This document shows positions 45,922 through 56,731 of a stretch of 64,000 nt of DNA, piece after piece (the first letter of the stretch is position 1; each line of letters opens with the position of its first letter). Under the pieces are notes generated by a model. The model searched no databases. It was given only the letters and a program-made list of their open reading frames with translations, and was not told where the DNA came from. The DNA is from an uncultured Gammaproteobacteria bacterium (GTDB taxonomy: Bacteria > Patescibacteriota > Patescibacteriia > Patescibacteriales > UBA12465): assembly GCA_964540285.1 (NCBI GenBank), contig CAZILW010000001.1:63703-127702 (forward strand), given 5' to 3'. The translations under genes were made by a program, and so were the position numbers.

Positions 45922-48006
45922 TTATTTACCAGCCTTTTCCTTGATTTGCTCTAAAATATTTCTTGGAACTTCATTATAATGAGAAAATTCCATTGAATAA
46001 TTAGCCCTACCTTGACTCATTGATCTTAGAGATGTTGCATAACCAAACATTTCTGCTAGAGGAACTTTAGCTAAAACAACTTTAGCATTTCCTCTGTCAG
46101 TCATTTCTTCTATTTGACCTCTCTTGGCATTTAAATCTCCGATTATATTCCCCATGTATTCTTCTGGGGTAGTAACCTCGACCTTCATAACTGGTTCAAG
46201 TAAAACTGGGCTAGCCTTTTGACAAGCATCTTTGAAGGCAAAAATAGCAGCCATTTTAAAAGCGATTTCAGAAGAGTCTACCTCGTGATAAGAACCATCA
46301 TAAACAGTAACTTTAACATCAACCATTGGATAACCAGCTAAAATACCACTCTCCATAGCTTCTTTAACACCCTTTTCAATAGCTGGGATATATTCCCTTG
46401 GAATAGCACCGCCCTTTACCTCATCAACAAATTCATAAGTTTTTCCACCTTCATTAACTTGCGGTTCTAATCTTAAATAACAATGTCCGTATTGACCACG
46501 ACCACCAGATTGTTTAGCATACTTATGCTCAGCCTCAGCTTTTTGCTTAATAGTTTCCCTGTAAGAAACTTGAGGATTTCCAACATTAGCCTCAACTCCA
46601 AACTCTCTTCTCATGCGATCAACGATGATATCCAAGTGAAGCTCTCCCATACCAGAAATCAAAACTTGTCCGCTTTCTTCATCACTTTCAACTCTAAAAG
46701 TTGGGTCTTCTTCAGCTAGTCTATTTAAAGCAATACCCATTTTTTCTTGATCAGCCTTAGTTTTTGGCTCAACAGCAATCTTAATGACTGGCTCTGGGAA
46801 AACAATTGATTCAAGTAATAAAGATTTTTTCTCATCACATAAAGTATTTCCAGTTGTAGTGTCTTTTAGTCCAATAACAGCAGCGATATCTCCTGCTTTG
46901 ATTTCTTTAATTTCTTCTCTGTGATTAGCATGCATACGAACTAAACGACCAATTCTTTCTTTATTGCCAGTAGAAGAATTAACAATATAAGAACCAGAAC
47001 TCAAAACTCCACTGTAAACCCTAACAAAACAAAGCTTACCAACAAAAGGGTCAGTGGCAATTTTAAAAGCCAAACCAACAAAAGGCTCTTTTTCATCAGG
47101 CTTAACAATTGTTTTTTTAGTTTCATCATTAACATCAGTAGCTTCTATCTCTGGAACATCAAGAGGTGAGGGTAAATAATCACAAACAGCATCAAGAGCT
47201 TTTTGAACACCAATATTTTGTAAAGCTGTTCCACATAAAACAGGATAGATTCCATTAGATATAACCCCCCTTCTTAAAGCTGATTTCAATTCTTCAACAG
47301 TAATTTGCTCACCACTTAAATATTTTTCAGTTAAAGTATCGTCAAATTCAACAACTCTTTCAACCAATTCTCCATGATACTTTTCAACCTTATCAATCAT
47401 ATCAGCTGGGATTTCAGTTTCAATTATATTCTCGCCAAAATTTCCTTCGAACTTATAAGCCTTTTTTTCTAAAACATCAATAACTCCAGAAAAAGTACTT
47501 TCAGAACCAATTGGCAATTGATAAGCAACAGCTTTTGGATTTAATCTTTTTTTAATAGAGTCCAAGCTCATATAAAAATCAGCGCCAGTTTTATCCATCT
47601 TATTAACAAAACAAAGTCTTGGAACTTTATACTTATCAGCTTGACGCCAAACAGTTTCCGATTGAGGCTCTACACCTTGAGAACCATCAAAAACAGCAAT
47701 AGCACCATCTAAAACACGAAGTGATCTTTCAACTTCTACAGTAAAATCAACGTGTCCAGGAGTATCAATTATGTTTATCTTATTATCCTTCCAAAAACAA
47801 GTTGTGGCAGCTGAAGTAATAGTAATACCTCTTTCTTTTTCTTGTTCCATCCAATCCATATCAGCGGCTCCATCATGAGTTTCTCCGATTTTATGTTTTT
47901 TACCAGTATAAAAAAGAACTCTCTCGCTAAAAGTTGTTTTTCCGGCATCAATATGAGCCATGATACCAATGTTTCTAAATTTATCCAGCGTATAATCTTG
48001 CGACAT
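45922..48006 (-). CDS. fusA: Elongation factor G
   Basis: [17 protein letters not shown] and full five-domain EF-G; 694 aa. Confidence 0.95.
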   Translation of the reverse strand: MSQDYTLDKFRNIGIMAHIDAGKTTFSERVLFYTGKKHKIGETHDGAADMDWMEQEKERGITITSAATTCFWKDNKINIIDTPGHVDFTVEVERSLRVLDGAIAVFDGSQGVEPQSETVWRQADKYKVPRLCFVNKMDKTGADFYMSLDSIKKRLNPKAVAYQLPIGSESTFSGVIDVLEKKAYKFEGNFGENIIETEIPADMIDKVEKYHGELVERVVEFDDTLTEKYLSGEQITVEELKSALRRGVISNGIYPVLCGTALQNIGVQKALDAVCDYLPSPLDVPEIEATDVNDETKKTIVKPDEKEPFVGLAFKIATDPFVGKLCFVRVYSGVLSSGSYIVNSSTGNKERIGRLVRMHANHREEIKEIKAGDIAAVIGLKDTTTGNTLCDEKKSLLLESIVFPEPVIKIAVEPKTKADQEKMGIALNRLAEEDPTFRVESDEESGQVLISGMGELHLDIIVDRMRREFGVEANVGNPQVSYRETIKQKAEAEHKYAKQSGGRGQYGHCYLRLEPQVNEGGKTYEFVDEVKGGAIPREYIPAIEKGVKEAMESGILAGYPMVDVKVTVYDGSYHEVDSSEIAFKMAAIFAFKDACQKASPVLLEPVMKVEVTTPEEYMGNIIGDLNAKRGQIEEMTDRGNAKVVLAKVPLAEMFGYATSLRSMSQGRANYSMEFSHYNEVPRNILEQIKEKAGK

Positions 48007-48093
48007 ATGTTATTTAAAGAGTTTTAAGAGTTTTAGTACTTTCAAGACTCTTAGGATACTTATATTTAATTATTATATTATATATTTAATTCT

Positions 48094-48314
48094 ATATTTT
48101 GAGTGAAATTTGAGGAAAAGACGAGAAGCGAAGTGAGTCGTATTTTAATACGATGAACGAGCCTCGCAGTCTTTGACAAAAAATTTCACCAAAACTTTTT
48201 CTCCTAAAACTTTATATTTTGAGTGAAATTTGAGGAAAAGACGAGAAGCGAAGTGAGTCGTATTTTAATACGATGAACGAGCCTCGCAGTCTTTGACAAA
48301 AAATTTCACCAAAA
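48094..48314. repeat. Two tandem copies of an ~101-bp hairpin-forming element (18-bp spacer) between rpsG and fusA
   Basis: Copy 1 48094-48194 and copy 2 48213-48314 are identical. Each has terminal inverted repeats gtgaaattt/aaatttcac and an internal tcgtat-ttta-atacga hairpin. Confidence 0.85.
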
Positions 48315-48326
48315 TTTAAAGTTTTA

Positions 48327-48794
48327 CTATCTGGAGAAATGAGCAAATGCCTTATTAGCCTCCGCCATCTTATGAACAGTTTCTCTCTTTCTAACAGCCG
48401 CACCCTCTCCGTTTGATGCATCTAAAATTTCAGCGGCTAGTTTTTCAGCCATTGATTTTCCTTTTCTGTCTTTAGCGGCTGAAATAATCCAATTACAACC
48501 AAGATAAAACCTTCTCTCCCCCCTTACTTGAAAAGGAACTTGATAGTTGGCACCACCAACTCTTTTACCTCTAACTTCAAGCAATGGAGACACTTTTTTT
48601 AAAGCTTTATTAAAAATATGTCTTGGATCGTGCTTGGTTTCTTGACGAATTAAATCAAAAGCATCATAAGTAATCTTTTGAGCTACTGATCTTTTACCAT
48701 CAACCATAACGTAATTTATAAATTTGGCAATATTTTTATCACCATATTTTAAATCATTTTCTATTTTTCTTTTTGGAGCTTGTTTACCTCTCAT
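48327..48794 (-). CDS. rpsG: 30S ribosomal protein S7
   Basis: S7 fold sequence. Confidence 0.95.
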   Translation of the reverse strand: MRGKQAPKRKIENDLKYGDKNIAKFINYVMVDGKRSVAQKITYDAFDLIRQETKHDPRHIFNKALKKVSPLLEVRGKRVGGANYQVPFQVRGERRFYLGCNWIISAAKDRKGKSMAEKLAAEILDASNGEGAAVRKRETVHKMAEANKAFAHFSR

Positions 48795-48858
48795 AATTTT
48801 AAAATTACCAGCTATAGCAATTTTTATTAATTTATATCAATTTTATGTTAATTAAATT

Positions 48859-49278
48859 TTAAGCCTTTGGTTTTTTAGCACCATAACAACTTCTTCCCTG
48901 TCTTCTAGCTTCAACACCTTGAGCATCATAAACTCCACGAACAACTTTATATCTAACACCTGGTAAATCTTTTGTTTTTCCACCCTTAATAAGAACGATT
49001 GAGTGTTCTTGTAAGTTATGTCCCATTCCAGGAATATAGGCAGTCACCTCCATACCATTTGATAAACGAACACGAGCAATTTTACGTAAAGCTGAGTTCG
49101 GCTTCTTAGGGGTCATGGTAGTAACCTTAAGACAAACACCCTGTTTAAAAGGAGAGCCACTTTTAGTAACTTTTTTCTTACGATGTAAAGAATCTAAGCT
49201 GGTACGCAATGCTAAGTTCTTTTTTCTCTTACTGGAAGGTTTTCTTCCTTTTCTAACTAACTGATTGATAGTTGGCAT
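48859..49278 (-). CDS. rpsL: 30S ribosomal protein S12 (with about 14-aa insertion near the N-terminus)
   Basis: [12 protein letters not shown] ... [10 protein letters not shown] ... GHNLQEHS ... DLPGVRY. Confidence 0.95.
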   Translation of the reverse strand: MPTINQLVRKGRKPSSKRKKNLALRTSLDSLHRKKKVTKSGSPFKQGVCLKVTTMTPKKPNSALRKIARVRLSNGMEVTAYIPGMGHNLQEHSIVLIKGGKTKDLPGVRYKVVRGVYDAQGVEARRQGRSCYGAKKPKA

Positions 49279-49371
49279 AAAAATTATTTAAAATTTTATT
49301 AATTTATACTATATTTTGTACTATTTATACAAATAAAAACACAAACAACACAATTCTTGAATGTGTACAAA

Positions 49372-49403
49372 GAATTTAGCAAAAAAAAGATAATAAGTCA
49401 AGA
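49372..49403 (-). promoter_or_regulatory. Candidate sigma70-like promoter for rpsL
   Basis: On the minus strand, TTGACT (rc of 49398-49403), 17-nt spacer, TAAATT (rc of 49372-49377). Confidence 0.35.
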
Positions 49404-49410
49404 ATGCTAA

Positions 49411-51612
49411 TTATTCCTTAATACATCTAATATAACGACCATAAATAGAACTAATAGGCACAGTACTTGTCGTCAAAATTATTGATCCGCCAGTGTTGTA
49501 TATATAATACAAACCTGTCCCAAGATCGTCTATGGTTCTCGTCCAAAGCCAAAAACCACTTCCAAAATAAGGCCACTGTGTTGAATATTTATGACCACCA
49601 GGAAGCAAAGAAAAGCCAAGATCATCGGTGCCATAAACAGTATCAGATGCCCAATATGGATGCTCTGAAGTTACACATTCACCTCCCAAAGGAGAATTAA
49701 CTTGGCGACACGATCTTAAATTGTAAACATTATATGCACCAATACTGTTGACCAAAGAAATAAAATCATCTCTGGTTGGCACTATCCAGCCATCAGGACA
49801 AACCCCCCTAGGATCAATTATGGTATAAGAAGAATAAACATAACCATAAAGATTTCCATAAGTAGAAAGAAAGTCATACAAAGGATAATTCGCTCCACTC
49901 CAACTTCCAGTTACCCGAGGAATACTGTCACCATTTTTAAACTTATCAGTTTTAAGATTTTCTTTAAACCAGCATTGATCGCCGATAGCAACCGTTGGAT
50001 AATTATAACCATTATAAGAAACAGAACTTAAGCCCGAACAAGGATCTGTGGTTGTAAAAGAAAGAACATTGCCATAACCTACTCCAACTTCATTGACAGC
50101 ATAAGCTCTGATATAATAAGTTTTTCCAGCTTGAAGACCATAAAAAACATCAGAAACAAAAGAGGAGGAACTTAAAGTTGAATGTAAAAACTTTGAATTA
50201 CCATCACCGATTAAGGGATTATCATTTTCACTCCAGACAACACCACCAGAATGAACAGGAGATCCGCCATCATTACTTATTGTTCCCCCAGAAAAAGCTC
50301 TATTTGCTGAAACATTATTTACAACACCAGTAATAACGCTAGGGATGGTTTTAGGGCTAGTGTCTGTTTTTTTAATACATCTAATATAGCGACCATAAAT
50401 AGAGTCAATAGGAACAGTACTCGCCGTCGAAATTGTTGGTCCGCTTGTATTATATATATAATACAAGCTAGACCCAGTACTATTAGCAGTTGAAGTCCAA
50501 AGCCAAAAACCACTTCCAAAATAAGGCCACTGTGTTGAATATTTATGACCACCAGGAAGCAAAGAAAAGCCAAGATCATCGGTGCCATAAACAGTATCAG
50601 ATGCCCAATATGGATGCTCTGAAGTTGCACATTCACCTCCCAAAGGAGAATTAACTTGACGACACGATCTTAAATTGTAAACATTATACGTACCAATACT
50701 GTTGACTAAAGAAATAAAATCATCTCTGGTTGGCACTATCCAGCCATCGGGACAAACCCCTCTAGGATCGGTTATAGTATGAGATGAATAAACATAACCG
50801 TAAAGATTTCCATAAGTAGAAAAAAAATCATAAGCTGGATAATAAGAAGAATTACTATGATAAGAAATCCAAGAAGGTATAGTTGATCCCCAGCTTCCAG
50901 TTACCCGAGGAATACTGTCTCCATTTTTAAATTTATCAGTTTTAAGATTTTCTTTAAACCAGCATTGAGCTCCGATGCCTACTGTTTGGTAGGTGTGGCC
51001 GTTATAGGTGATATTTTGACCACATTCAAAAACATCAAGAACACAAGAACTGTTTTGACAAATATAACCAGACTGACAATCAGGATAACAAACATTGAGA
51101 TTTGGATTTTCATTATTATCTCCTCCTCCGGTGTCTCCGCCTCCAGTGTCTCCGCCTAGGCAATCATAATTCATTATTCCTCCAGGAGTAGCACATTTTA
51201 AACCTTCAGATAGGTTAGAAACATCATTGCCTAGACAAAATGATAAAGTGTAAGTAGAGTTATCTTCGCTTACTTGATAGTAGAAGTTATTTTGACTGGC
51301 ATCACATACTCCATCAGCCGGATAAGGAGCAGAAGGAATATTATACATCAGTACTTGACCACTTGAGGTAATAAGAGAACCACTTAACCATTCTTCTTCA
51401 GTAGGATATCTTCCCTGTTCATTAAAGAATAATTCTAGGGCTGTTTGGGCTTGTTTAATATCAGCTAGTCTTTTACTATCACGAGCTCTAGAGCGAGCTT
51501 GTTGTAAAGCTACAACAGCTAGAGTGGCCAGTATTCCAATAATAGCAATTACTACTAGAAGCTCAACGAGGGTAAAAGCTTTTTTGTTTTTTTGAAAATT
51601 GTTTTTAAACAT
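49411..51612 (-). CDS. Prepilin-N-terminus protein fused to two FISUMP domains (paralogue of 16505..19015)
   Basis: The first ~150 aa are nearly identical to 16505..19015. Two FISUMP units (CWFKENL...GNLYGYVYS...CPDGWIVPT...RCIK) are about 90% identical to each other. Confidence 0.8.
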   Translation of the reverse strand: MFKNNFQKNKKAFTLVELLVVIAIIGILATLAVVALQQARSRARDSKRLADIKQAQTALELFFNEQGRYPTEEEWLSGSLITSSGQVLMYNIPSAPYPADGVCDASQNNFYYQVSEDNSTYTLSFCLGNDVSNLSEGLKCATPGGIMNYDCLGGDTGGGDTGGGDNNENPNLNVCYPDCQSGYICQNSSCVLDVFECGQNITYNGHTYQTVGIGAQCWFKENLKTDKFKNGDSIPRVTGSWGSTIPSWISYHSNSSYYPAYDFFSTYGNLYGYVYSSHTITDPRGVCPDGWIVPTRDDFISLVNSIGTYNVYNLRSCRQVNSPLGGECATSEHPYWASDTVYGTDDLGFSLLPGGHKYSTQWPYFGSGFWLWTSTANSTGSSLYYIYNTSGPTISTASTVPIDSIYGRYIRCIKKTDTSPKTIPSVITGVVNNVSANRAFSGGTISNDGGSPVHSGGVVWSENDNPLIGDGNSKFLHSTLSSSSFVSDVFYGLQAGKTYYIRAYAVNEVGVGYGNVLSFTTTDPCSGLSSVSYNGYNYPTVAIGDQCWFKENLKTDKFKNGDSIPRVTGSWSGANYPLYDFLSTYGNLYGYVYSSYTIIDPRGVCPDGWIVPTRDDFISLVNSIGAYNVYNLRSCRQVNSPLGGECVTSEHPYWASDTVYGTDDLGFSLLPGGHKYSTQWPYFGSGFWLWTRTIDDLGTGLYYIYNTGGSIILTTSTVPISSIYGRYIRCIKE

Positions 51613-51621
51613 TGATAAAAA

Positions 51622-53478
51622 TTATTCTAAAACTGCTTTAATTCTTCTAACACCAGAACTAGAACTCTCTTCTTTTTGTATTTTAAATACACCTAAATTC
51701 TCCAGGCTTTCAACATGCGGACCACCACAAATTTCTTTGGAAAAATTACCAACAGAATATACTTTTACCTTCTCTCCATATTTGGACTCAAAAACACCAG
51801 TCGCCCCCATTTGCTTAGCTTCATCTAAAGTCATCTCACTACAATCAACTGCTAGTCCCTTTTGAATATTTTCATTTACTAAATCTTCAACTTGTTTTTT
51901 TTGTTCATCAGTCATTTTTTCTGGATGAGAAAAATCAAAACGAAGTCTTTCAGCAGTAATATTGCTTCCTCTTTGAGCGACATGATCACCCAAAACCCTC
52001 CTAAGAGCTTCTAGTAGTAAATGAGCTGCGGTATGAAGCTTGGTTGTCTCCTCGCTTTGATCAGCCAACCCCCCCTTGAATTTACCAGCGCTAGCCGTTT
52101 TAGATAATTCCTGATGTTTGTTTAAAGCTTGATTATATTCATCCAAAAAATTATCTGATTTAGAAATATTTTTTTCTTCTATAATCTCTAGTGTCATCTC
52201 GAGTGGATAGCCATGACTTTGAAATAAATTAAAAGCAATTTCACCATTAATCTTTTCCCCTTTTTCAACCAAGCTATTTAAAACTCTTTCCCCTTTTTCT
52301 ATGGTTTTGTTAAATTTCTCTTCTTCTTCATTTAATGATTTGAAAATAAATTCTCTATTTTTATCTAATTCACTATAAGAATCTTTATAGAATTCAACTA
52401 TAACTTGGCTAAGCTCAGCAATAAGATTTTTTTGTTCTATTTTTAATTGTTTCAAATAACGCACCGCCCTTCTGATAAGACGTCTAATAATATAACCTTG
52501 GTCGGTATTGGATGGGCTAAGCCCCTTGTCATCTCCCAATAAAAAAGTAGCACCTTTTATATGATCAGCTATAACTTCAAAAGCTTTTTTATTATCCTCA
52601 TATTTAAGTCCAGAAATATTTTCGAGTCTATCTACAATAGAACCAAGAGAGTCAATTTTAAAAATATTGCCTAAATTATTTTTTACCATTACAATTCGCT
52701 CCAGTCCCCCACCAAAATCAACATTTTTGTTTTCTAATTCTTTCCAACCATCGACTGTTTTTTGGTATTGCATAAAAACAGAATTGCCAATTTCAATAAA
52801 TCTTCCACAATCACAATTCAAATGACAATGCTCACCAAATTTTGGATCATGTTCTTTGCCGGTATCATAAAAAGTTTCACTATCTGGACCACCTAATTCT
52901 CCAATGGCATCGCCTCTCTGCCACCAATTTTTGTCTCGATAAGCAAAGATTCTATCTTTGGAAAAATCGAGCTCTATACCAGGCCCTTCATCTCCCTTGG
53001 TAATTGTTTCTGGACCTTCACTGGCTTCAATTCCGTATTTTTTGTAAATATTTTTTAAAATTGCAATAGACTCTTCATCTTTGACTATGCTTTTGCCGTC
53101 ACCAACATAAACAGTCTGATAAATTTTATTAATATCAAAGCCTAGCTCTTCTATTAAAAATTCAAACCACCAATTGAGTTGCTCTTCTTTAAAATAATTA
53201 CCCAAGCTCCAATTACCAAGCATTTCAAAAAAGGTATTATGACGACCATCACCAACGTCGTCAATATCTTCGGAACGGAAACATTTCTGACTATTTACTA
53301 AACGAAGGCCAGCTGGATGTTTTTCACCTAAAAGATATGGCACCAAAGGAAACATACCAGAATTGGTAAATAAAAGACTAGAATCATTTTCAGGAATGAG
53401 CGATGAAGACGATATCAGGGCGTGTTGTTTTTTTTGAAAAAATTCAAAATATTTCTGTCTAATTTCACTGGTTTTCAT
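51622..53478 (-). CDS. alaS: Alanyl-tRNA synthetase, compact form (618 aa, lacks C-Ala domain)
   Basis: Catalytic-core motifs FTNSGM and WGGP-like region; editing-domain HTAAHLLLEALRRVLGDHVAQRGS. Confidence 0.85.
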   Translation of the reverse strand: MKTSEIRQKYFEFFQKKQHALISSSSLIPENDSSLLFTNSGMFPLVPYLLGEKHPAGLRLVNSQKCFRSEDIDDVGDGRHNTFFEMLGNWSLGNYFKEEQLNWWFEFLIEELGFDINKIYQTVYVGDGKSIVKDEESIAILKNIYKKYGIEASEGPETITKGDEGPGIELDFSKDRIFAYRDKNWWQRGDAIGELGGPDSETFYDTGKEHDPKFGEHCHLNCDCGRFIEIGNSVFMQYQKTVDGWKELENKNVDFGGGLERIVMVKNNLGNIFKIDSLGSIVDRLENISGLKYEDNKKAFEVIADHIKGATFLLGDDKGLSPSNTDQGYIIRRLIRRAVRYLKQLKIEQKNLIAELSQVIVEFYKDSYSELDKNREFIFKSLNEEEEKFNKTIEKGERVLNSLVEKGEKINGEIAFNLFQSHGYPLEMTLEIIEEKNISKSDNFLDEYNQALNKHQELSKTASAGKFKGGLADQSEETTKLHTAAHLLLEALRRVLGDHVAQRGSNITAERLRFDFSHPEKMTDEQKKQVEDLVNENIQKGLAVDCSEMTLDEAKQMGATGVFESKYGEKVKVYSVGNFSKEICGGPHVESLENLGVFKIQKEESSSSGVRRIKAVLE

Positions 53479-53498
53479 ATGTATTATTTATAATTAAT

Positions 53499-54524
53499 TT
53501 ATTTTAGAATATTAACCTCTGCTTCTAGGATTATACCAAACTTATCAAAAACATTTTTCTTCACCAAATCAACCAAAAACAAAACATCTTTTTGACTAGC
53601 ACTACCATGATTTACTAAAATTAAAGCTTGGCTTTCGTAAACTCCAGCATCACCATGGCGATAGCCCTTCATGCCGGCCTGCTCTATTAGCCAGCCAGCT
53701 GGAATTTTTACCCCCTTCTCATCAGGAAAACTTTTGATATCTGGAAATTTTTCTTTTAAAGTTTTAAACTCGGCTTCACTGATTACTGGATTTTTGAAAA
53801 ATGAACCAGCATTAGGAATTATCATTGGGTTTGGCAATTTTGAATTTCGTATTTCTTGAATTATTTCTGTTATATCTTTTAATCTTGGCTTGTCTATTTT
53901 TTTCTCGGCTAATTTATTTTTTATATCGCCATACTCTAAATTAAACTTTTCTTTTTTGCTTAATTTTAGTTCTAGCCACAAAATAAAATATTTGTTTTTA
54001 AATTTATTTTTAAAAATACTATCACGATAAGCAAACTCACAATCTCTCAAGTTAAAATATTTTTTCTCACCCGTTTTCAAGTCAATGGCACATAAATTAT
54101 AAAAAACATCTTTTAGCTCCACGCCATAGGCACCAATATTTTGCACCGGTGATGCTCCAACTGTTCCAAAAATATAAAACATATTTTCTATACCGTAATA
54201 ATTGTGCGATATAGTAAAATTAACCATTTTTGACCAAGCTTCTCCACTATATGATTTCACAATAGCAAAATCTTCGTTTTCGCCCACAACTTCCATTCCC
54301 TTTATTTCATTTTTGATTACTAAACCACTAAACCCCTTGTCAGAAAACAAAATATTAGAGCCACCACCCAAAATAAAAATCTTTTTAGCTCTTTTCTTAG
54401 CCCATTTAATTGAATTTATAAATTCTTCTTCACTTTTAACCACTACAAAATATTTAGCCAAACCACCAATTTTAAAAGTAGAATAATCAGCTAATTTTAT
54501 ATTTTTTTTAATTTCTAATTCCAT
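53499..54524 (-). CDS. murB: UDP-N-acetylenolpyruvoylglucosamine reductase
   Basis: FAD-binding LADYSTFKIGGLAKYF and C-terminal substrate domain. Confidence 0.85.
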   Translation of the reverse strand: MELEIKKNIKLADYSTFKIGGLAKYFVVVKSEEEFINSIKWAKKRAKKIFILGGGSNILFSDKGFSGLVIKNEIKGMEVVGENEDFAIVKSYSGEAWSKMVNFTISHNYYGIENMFYIFGTVGASPVQNIGAYGVELKDVFYNLCAIDLKTGEKKYFNLRDCEFAYRDSIFKNKFKNKYFILWLELKLSKKEKFNLEYGDIKNKLAEKKIDKPRLKDITEIIQEIRNSKLPNPMIIPNAGSFFKNPVISEAEFKTLKEKFPDIKSFPDEKGVKIPAGWLIEQAGMKGYRHGDAGVYESQALILVNHGSASQKDVLFLVDLVKKNVFDKFGIILEAEVNILK

Positions 54525-54527
54525 ATA

Positions 54528-55970
54528 TTAAATATCTTTAGAAGATATATTAAGCAATTTGTAAGCTACTCGAAAAATATCGCCAGCACCCAAAAGCAAA
54601 ATTACTTTATCTTTGCCAGCTACTTTTCTTAAATCTTTTTCAATATCAGAAAAATTTTTAAAATATTTTAATTCTTGCTTGATATTATGTTTTAAATTAT
54701 ATTGCTCTATTTTTTTCATTAAATCAAGACTGGAAAGCTTTTGAGCTTTTTCTCGTGCTGAAGTATATATTTCCATTAAATATAAATTATCAGTTAACTC
54801 AAAACTTTTAACAAAATCATCAAACAAAGCTTTAGTGCGACTTACGGTGTGAGGATGAAAAACAGTAATTATTTTTTTATCATTATATCTTTGTTTAACT
54901 GCCTGAAGACATGCTTTTACTTCAGTTGGATGATGTCCATAATCATCAATAATAACAGAATCATTATAAACACCTAAAACATCAAAACGACGAGAGGCAC
55001 CAGTAAACAAAAATAAATTTTTTCTAATTTTTTCTAAATCAACTTTTAATTCTAGGCAAGAGGAAATTACAGCCAGAGCATTATAAATATTGTGACTGCC
55101 CATTAATTTTATCTTGAATTTTCCTAGATTTTTACTGCTTTGATATAAAGTAAAACTTTGTCCGTATCTTTCAGTTTTTATATTTTCTATTTTATATAAA
55201 TACTCATAATTTAGCTTATCTATATTTTTTATCTTTTTATTATCATTTAAGGTATAAAAAATATTTTTACCTTGATTAAATTTGCTAATTTTTAAGCACT
55301 GAATATCATCTATATTAGTCACCAAAAAACCTGATTTGGGTATTTTTTTTACAAAATCTGCAAAAACTTTGAAATAAGCCTTTTTATCTTTAAAATAATC
55401 GGGATGATCAAAGTCAATATTGTTTAAAACAACCATTTGTGGATTGAAATACTGCAATTTATTTTGATACTCGTCGGATTCTAACACAAAATATTTTGAT
55501 TTTCCCAACAAAGAACTACCCTTAAATTGTCTAACATAAGAACCAGATAAAACATTAGGAGAAAAATTAGATTTAAATAAAGTATAACCCAACCAAGAAG
55601 TAACAGTTGTCTTACCATGACTGCCGCAAACAGAAATACCAAAATATTGGTTAAACAAATATCCAACCGTCTCAGCATAGGTTACAATTTTAACACCTTT
55701 TTTATTTAAATATTTAAGCTCTATATTTTTCTTAATATCAAAAGCTGAAGAACGAATAACTAAATCAATCTTTTCTGGAAAATCTTTTAAGGAAAATCCA
55801 TGTTTAACTTTTATTTTGGAATTAGCAAGTGTTTTATTGGTTTGAAATTCTTCTTCCACGTCGGAACCAGAGACTTTAAATCCCTTAAAAACCAAAAACT
55901 GAGCTAACATGGCCATGCCAACCCCCTTAATCCCAATCATATAAATATTGTCCTTTTTATTTAAAATCAT
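54528..55970 (-). CDS. murC: UDP-N-acetylmuramate--L-alanine ligase
   Basis: MIGIKGVGMAMLAQFL, GSHGKTT P-loop and Mur ligase domains. The true start may be the internal MIGIKG. Confidence 0.9.
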   Translation of the reverse strand: MILNKKDNIYMIGIKGVGMAMLAQFLVFKGFKVSGSDVEEEFQTNKTLANSKIKVKHGFSLKDFPEKIDLVIRSSAFDIKKNIELKYLNKKGVKIVTYAETVGYLFNQYFGISVCGSHGKTTVTSWLGYTLFKSNFSPNVLSGSYVRQFKGSSLLGKSKYFVLESDEYQNKLQYFNPQMVVLNNIDFDHPDYFKDKKAYFKVFADFVKKIPKSGFLVTNIDDIQCLKISKFNQGKNIFYTLNDNKKIKNIDKLNYEYLYKIENIKTERYGQSFTLYQSSKNLGKFKIKLMGSHNIYNALAVISSCLELKVDLEKIRKNLFLFTGASRRFDVLGVYNDSVIIDDYGHHPTEVKACLQAVKQRYNDKKIITVFHPHTVSRTKALFDDFVKSFELTDNLYLMEIYTSAREKAQKLSSLDLMKKIEQYNLKHNIKQELKYFKNFSDIEKDLRKVAGKDKVILLLGAGDIFRVAYKLLNISSKDI

Positions 55971-55994
55971 AAATATTATAAAATTATTATAACA

Positions 55995-56036
55995 TATTTA
56001 AATAAATAAAAAAGTGGAATCAATGACTCCACTTTA
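55995..56036 (-). terminator. Rho-independent terminator
   Basis: agtgga-atcaatgac-tccact hairpin (56013-56033) with U-tract on the minus strand, 3' of the 205-aa gene. Confidence 0.6.
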
Positions 56037-56062
56037 AAATAAACATACTTTTAAAAAACAAC

Positions 56063-56680
56063 CTAATCTCGCCAGGTCATTCTTTCCAGGCAATAAGGAC
56101 TTGCGCCCCATAAGAAATTGTCACTTTGACCTCCCTCAAAATATTCCCAATCAACCTTAGGGTGCTCACCTCTATAGACGTGAATAATAGAAGGTTCTCT
56201 AACGGTTTCAAAAAAAGAATTAAGAGATTTGACATAATACTTGCACAAAACATTTTCATGCAAACAAAGAGCTAAAGACTCTGACAGCGTTAAAAATCTT
56301 TTAGGATCAATAAAACCCTCAGAACTAGAAGAATTTTCATTTATACCTAAAAGATAATAGGGCCTCTTTGATGTTGGTATCAAATCATAGACATCGCCAT
56401 GATTAAAATAGGAATATCCTTTATTACCATTAAATTGTAAAAACTGAGCTTGATTAAAAACCCCAACAATATTAAATGGTATAACTGGAACAAACCAAAC
56501 ATCAAAAGAAAAGCCCCTGTCTTCAAACTCTATAACTCTAGAAACAACTCTTTCTCTAAATTCCATTAAAAAAAGCAAGGGGTCGGTCATAATACAGGCT
56601 GGAACATCCAAGGAGGCCAGTCTGTCTATTTGAGAGTCAAACAATTTCATTGCCCTCTTGGCAATTTTTTTTCTTTTCAT
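56063..56680 (-). CDS. Hypothetical protein (205 aa)
   Basis: ORF with its own terminator; no recognisable motif. Confidence 0.45.
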   Translation of the reverse strand: MKRKKIAKRAMKLFDSQIDRLASLDVPACIMTDPLLFLMEFRERVVSRVIEFEDRGFSFDVWFVPVIPFNIVGVFNQAQFLQFNGNKGYSYFNHGDVYDLIPTSKRPYYLLGINENSSSSEGFIDPKRFLTLSESLALCLHENVLCKYYVKSLNSFFETVREPSIIHVYRGEHPKVDWEYFEGGQSDNFLWGASPYCLERMTWRD

Positions 56681-56731
56681 TGAAAATAATTTTTAAAGTA
56701 CAGACTATTTTATTTTAGTTATTAACAAAAA

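Noticed and set aside
48094-48314. CRISPR array
   Set aside because: There are only two repeat copies with an 18-bp spacer, the repeats are 101 bp, and no cas genes are present.
48212-48421. 69-aa ORF spanning the repeat and the rpsG 3' end
   Set aside because: It overlaps rpsG on the same strand in another frame and runs through the repeat; no coding signal.
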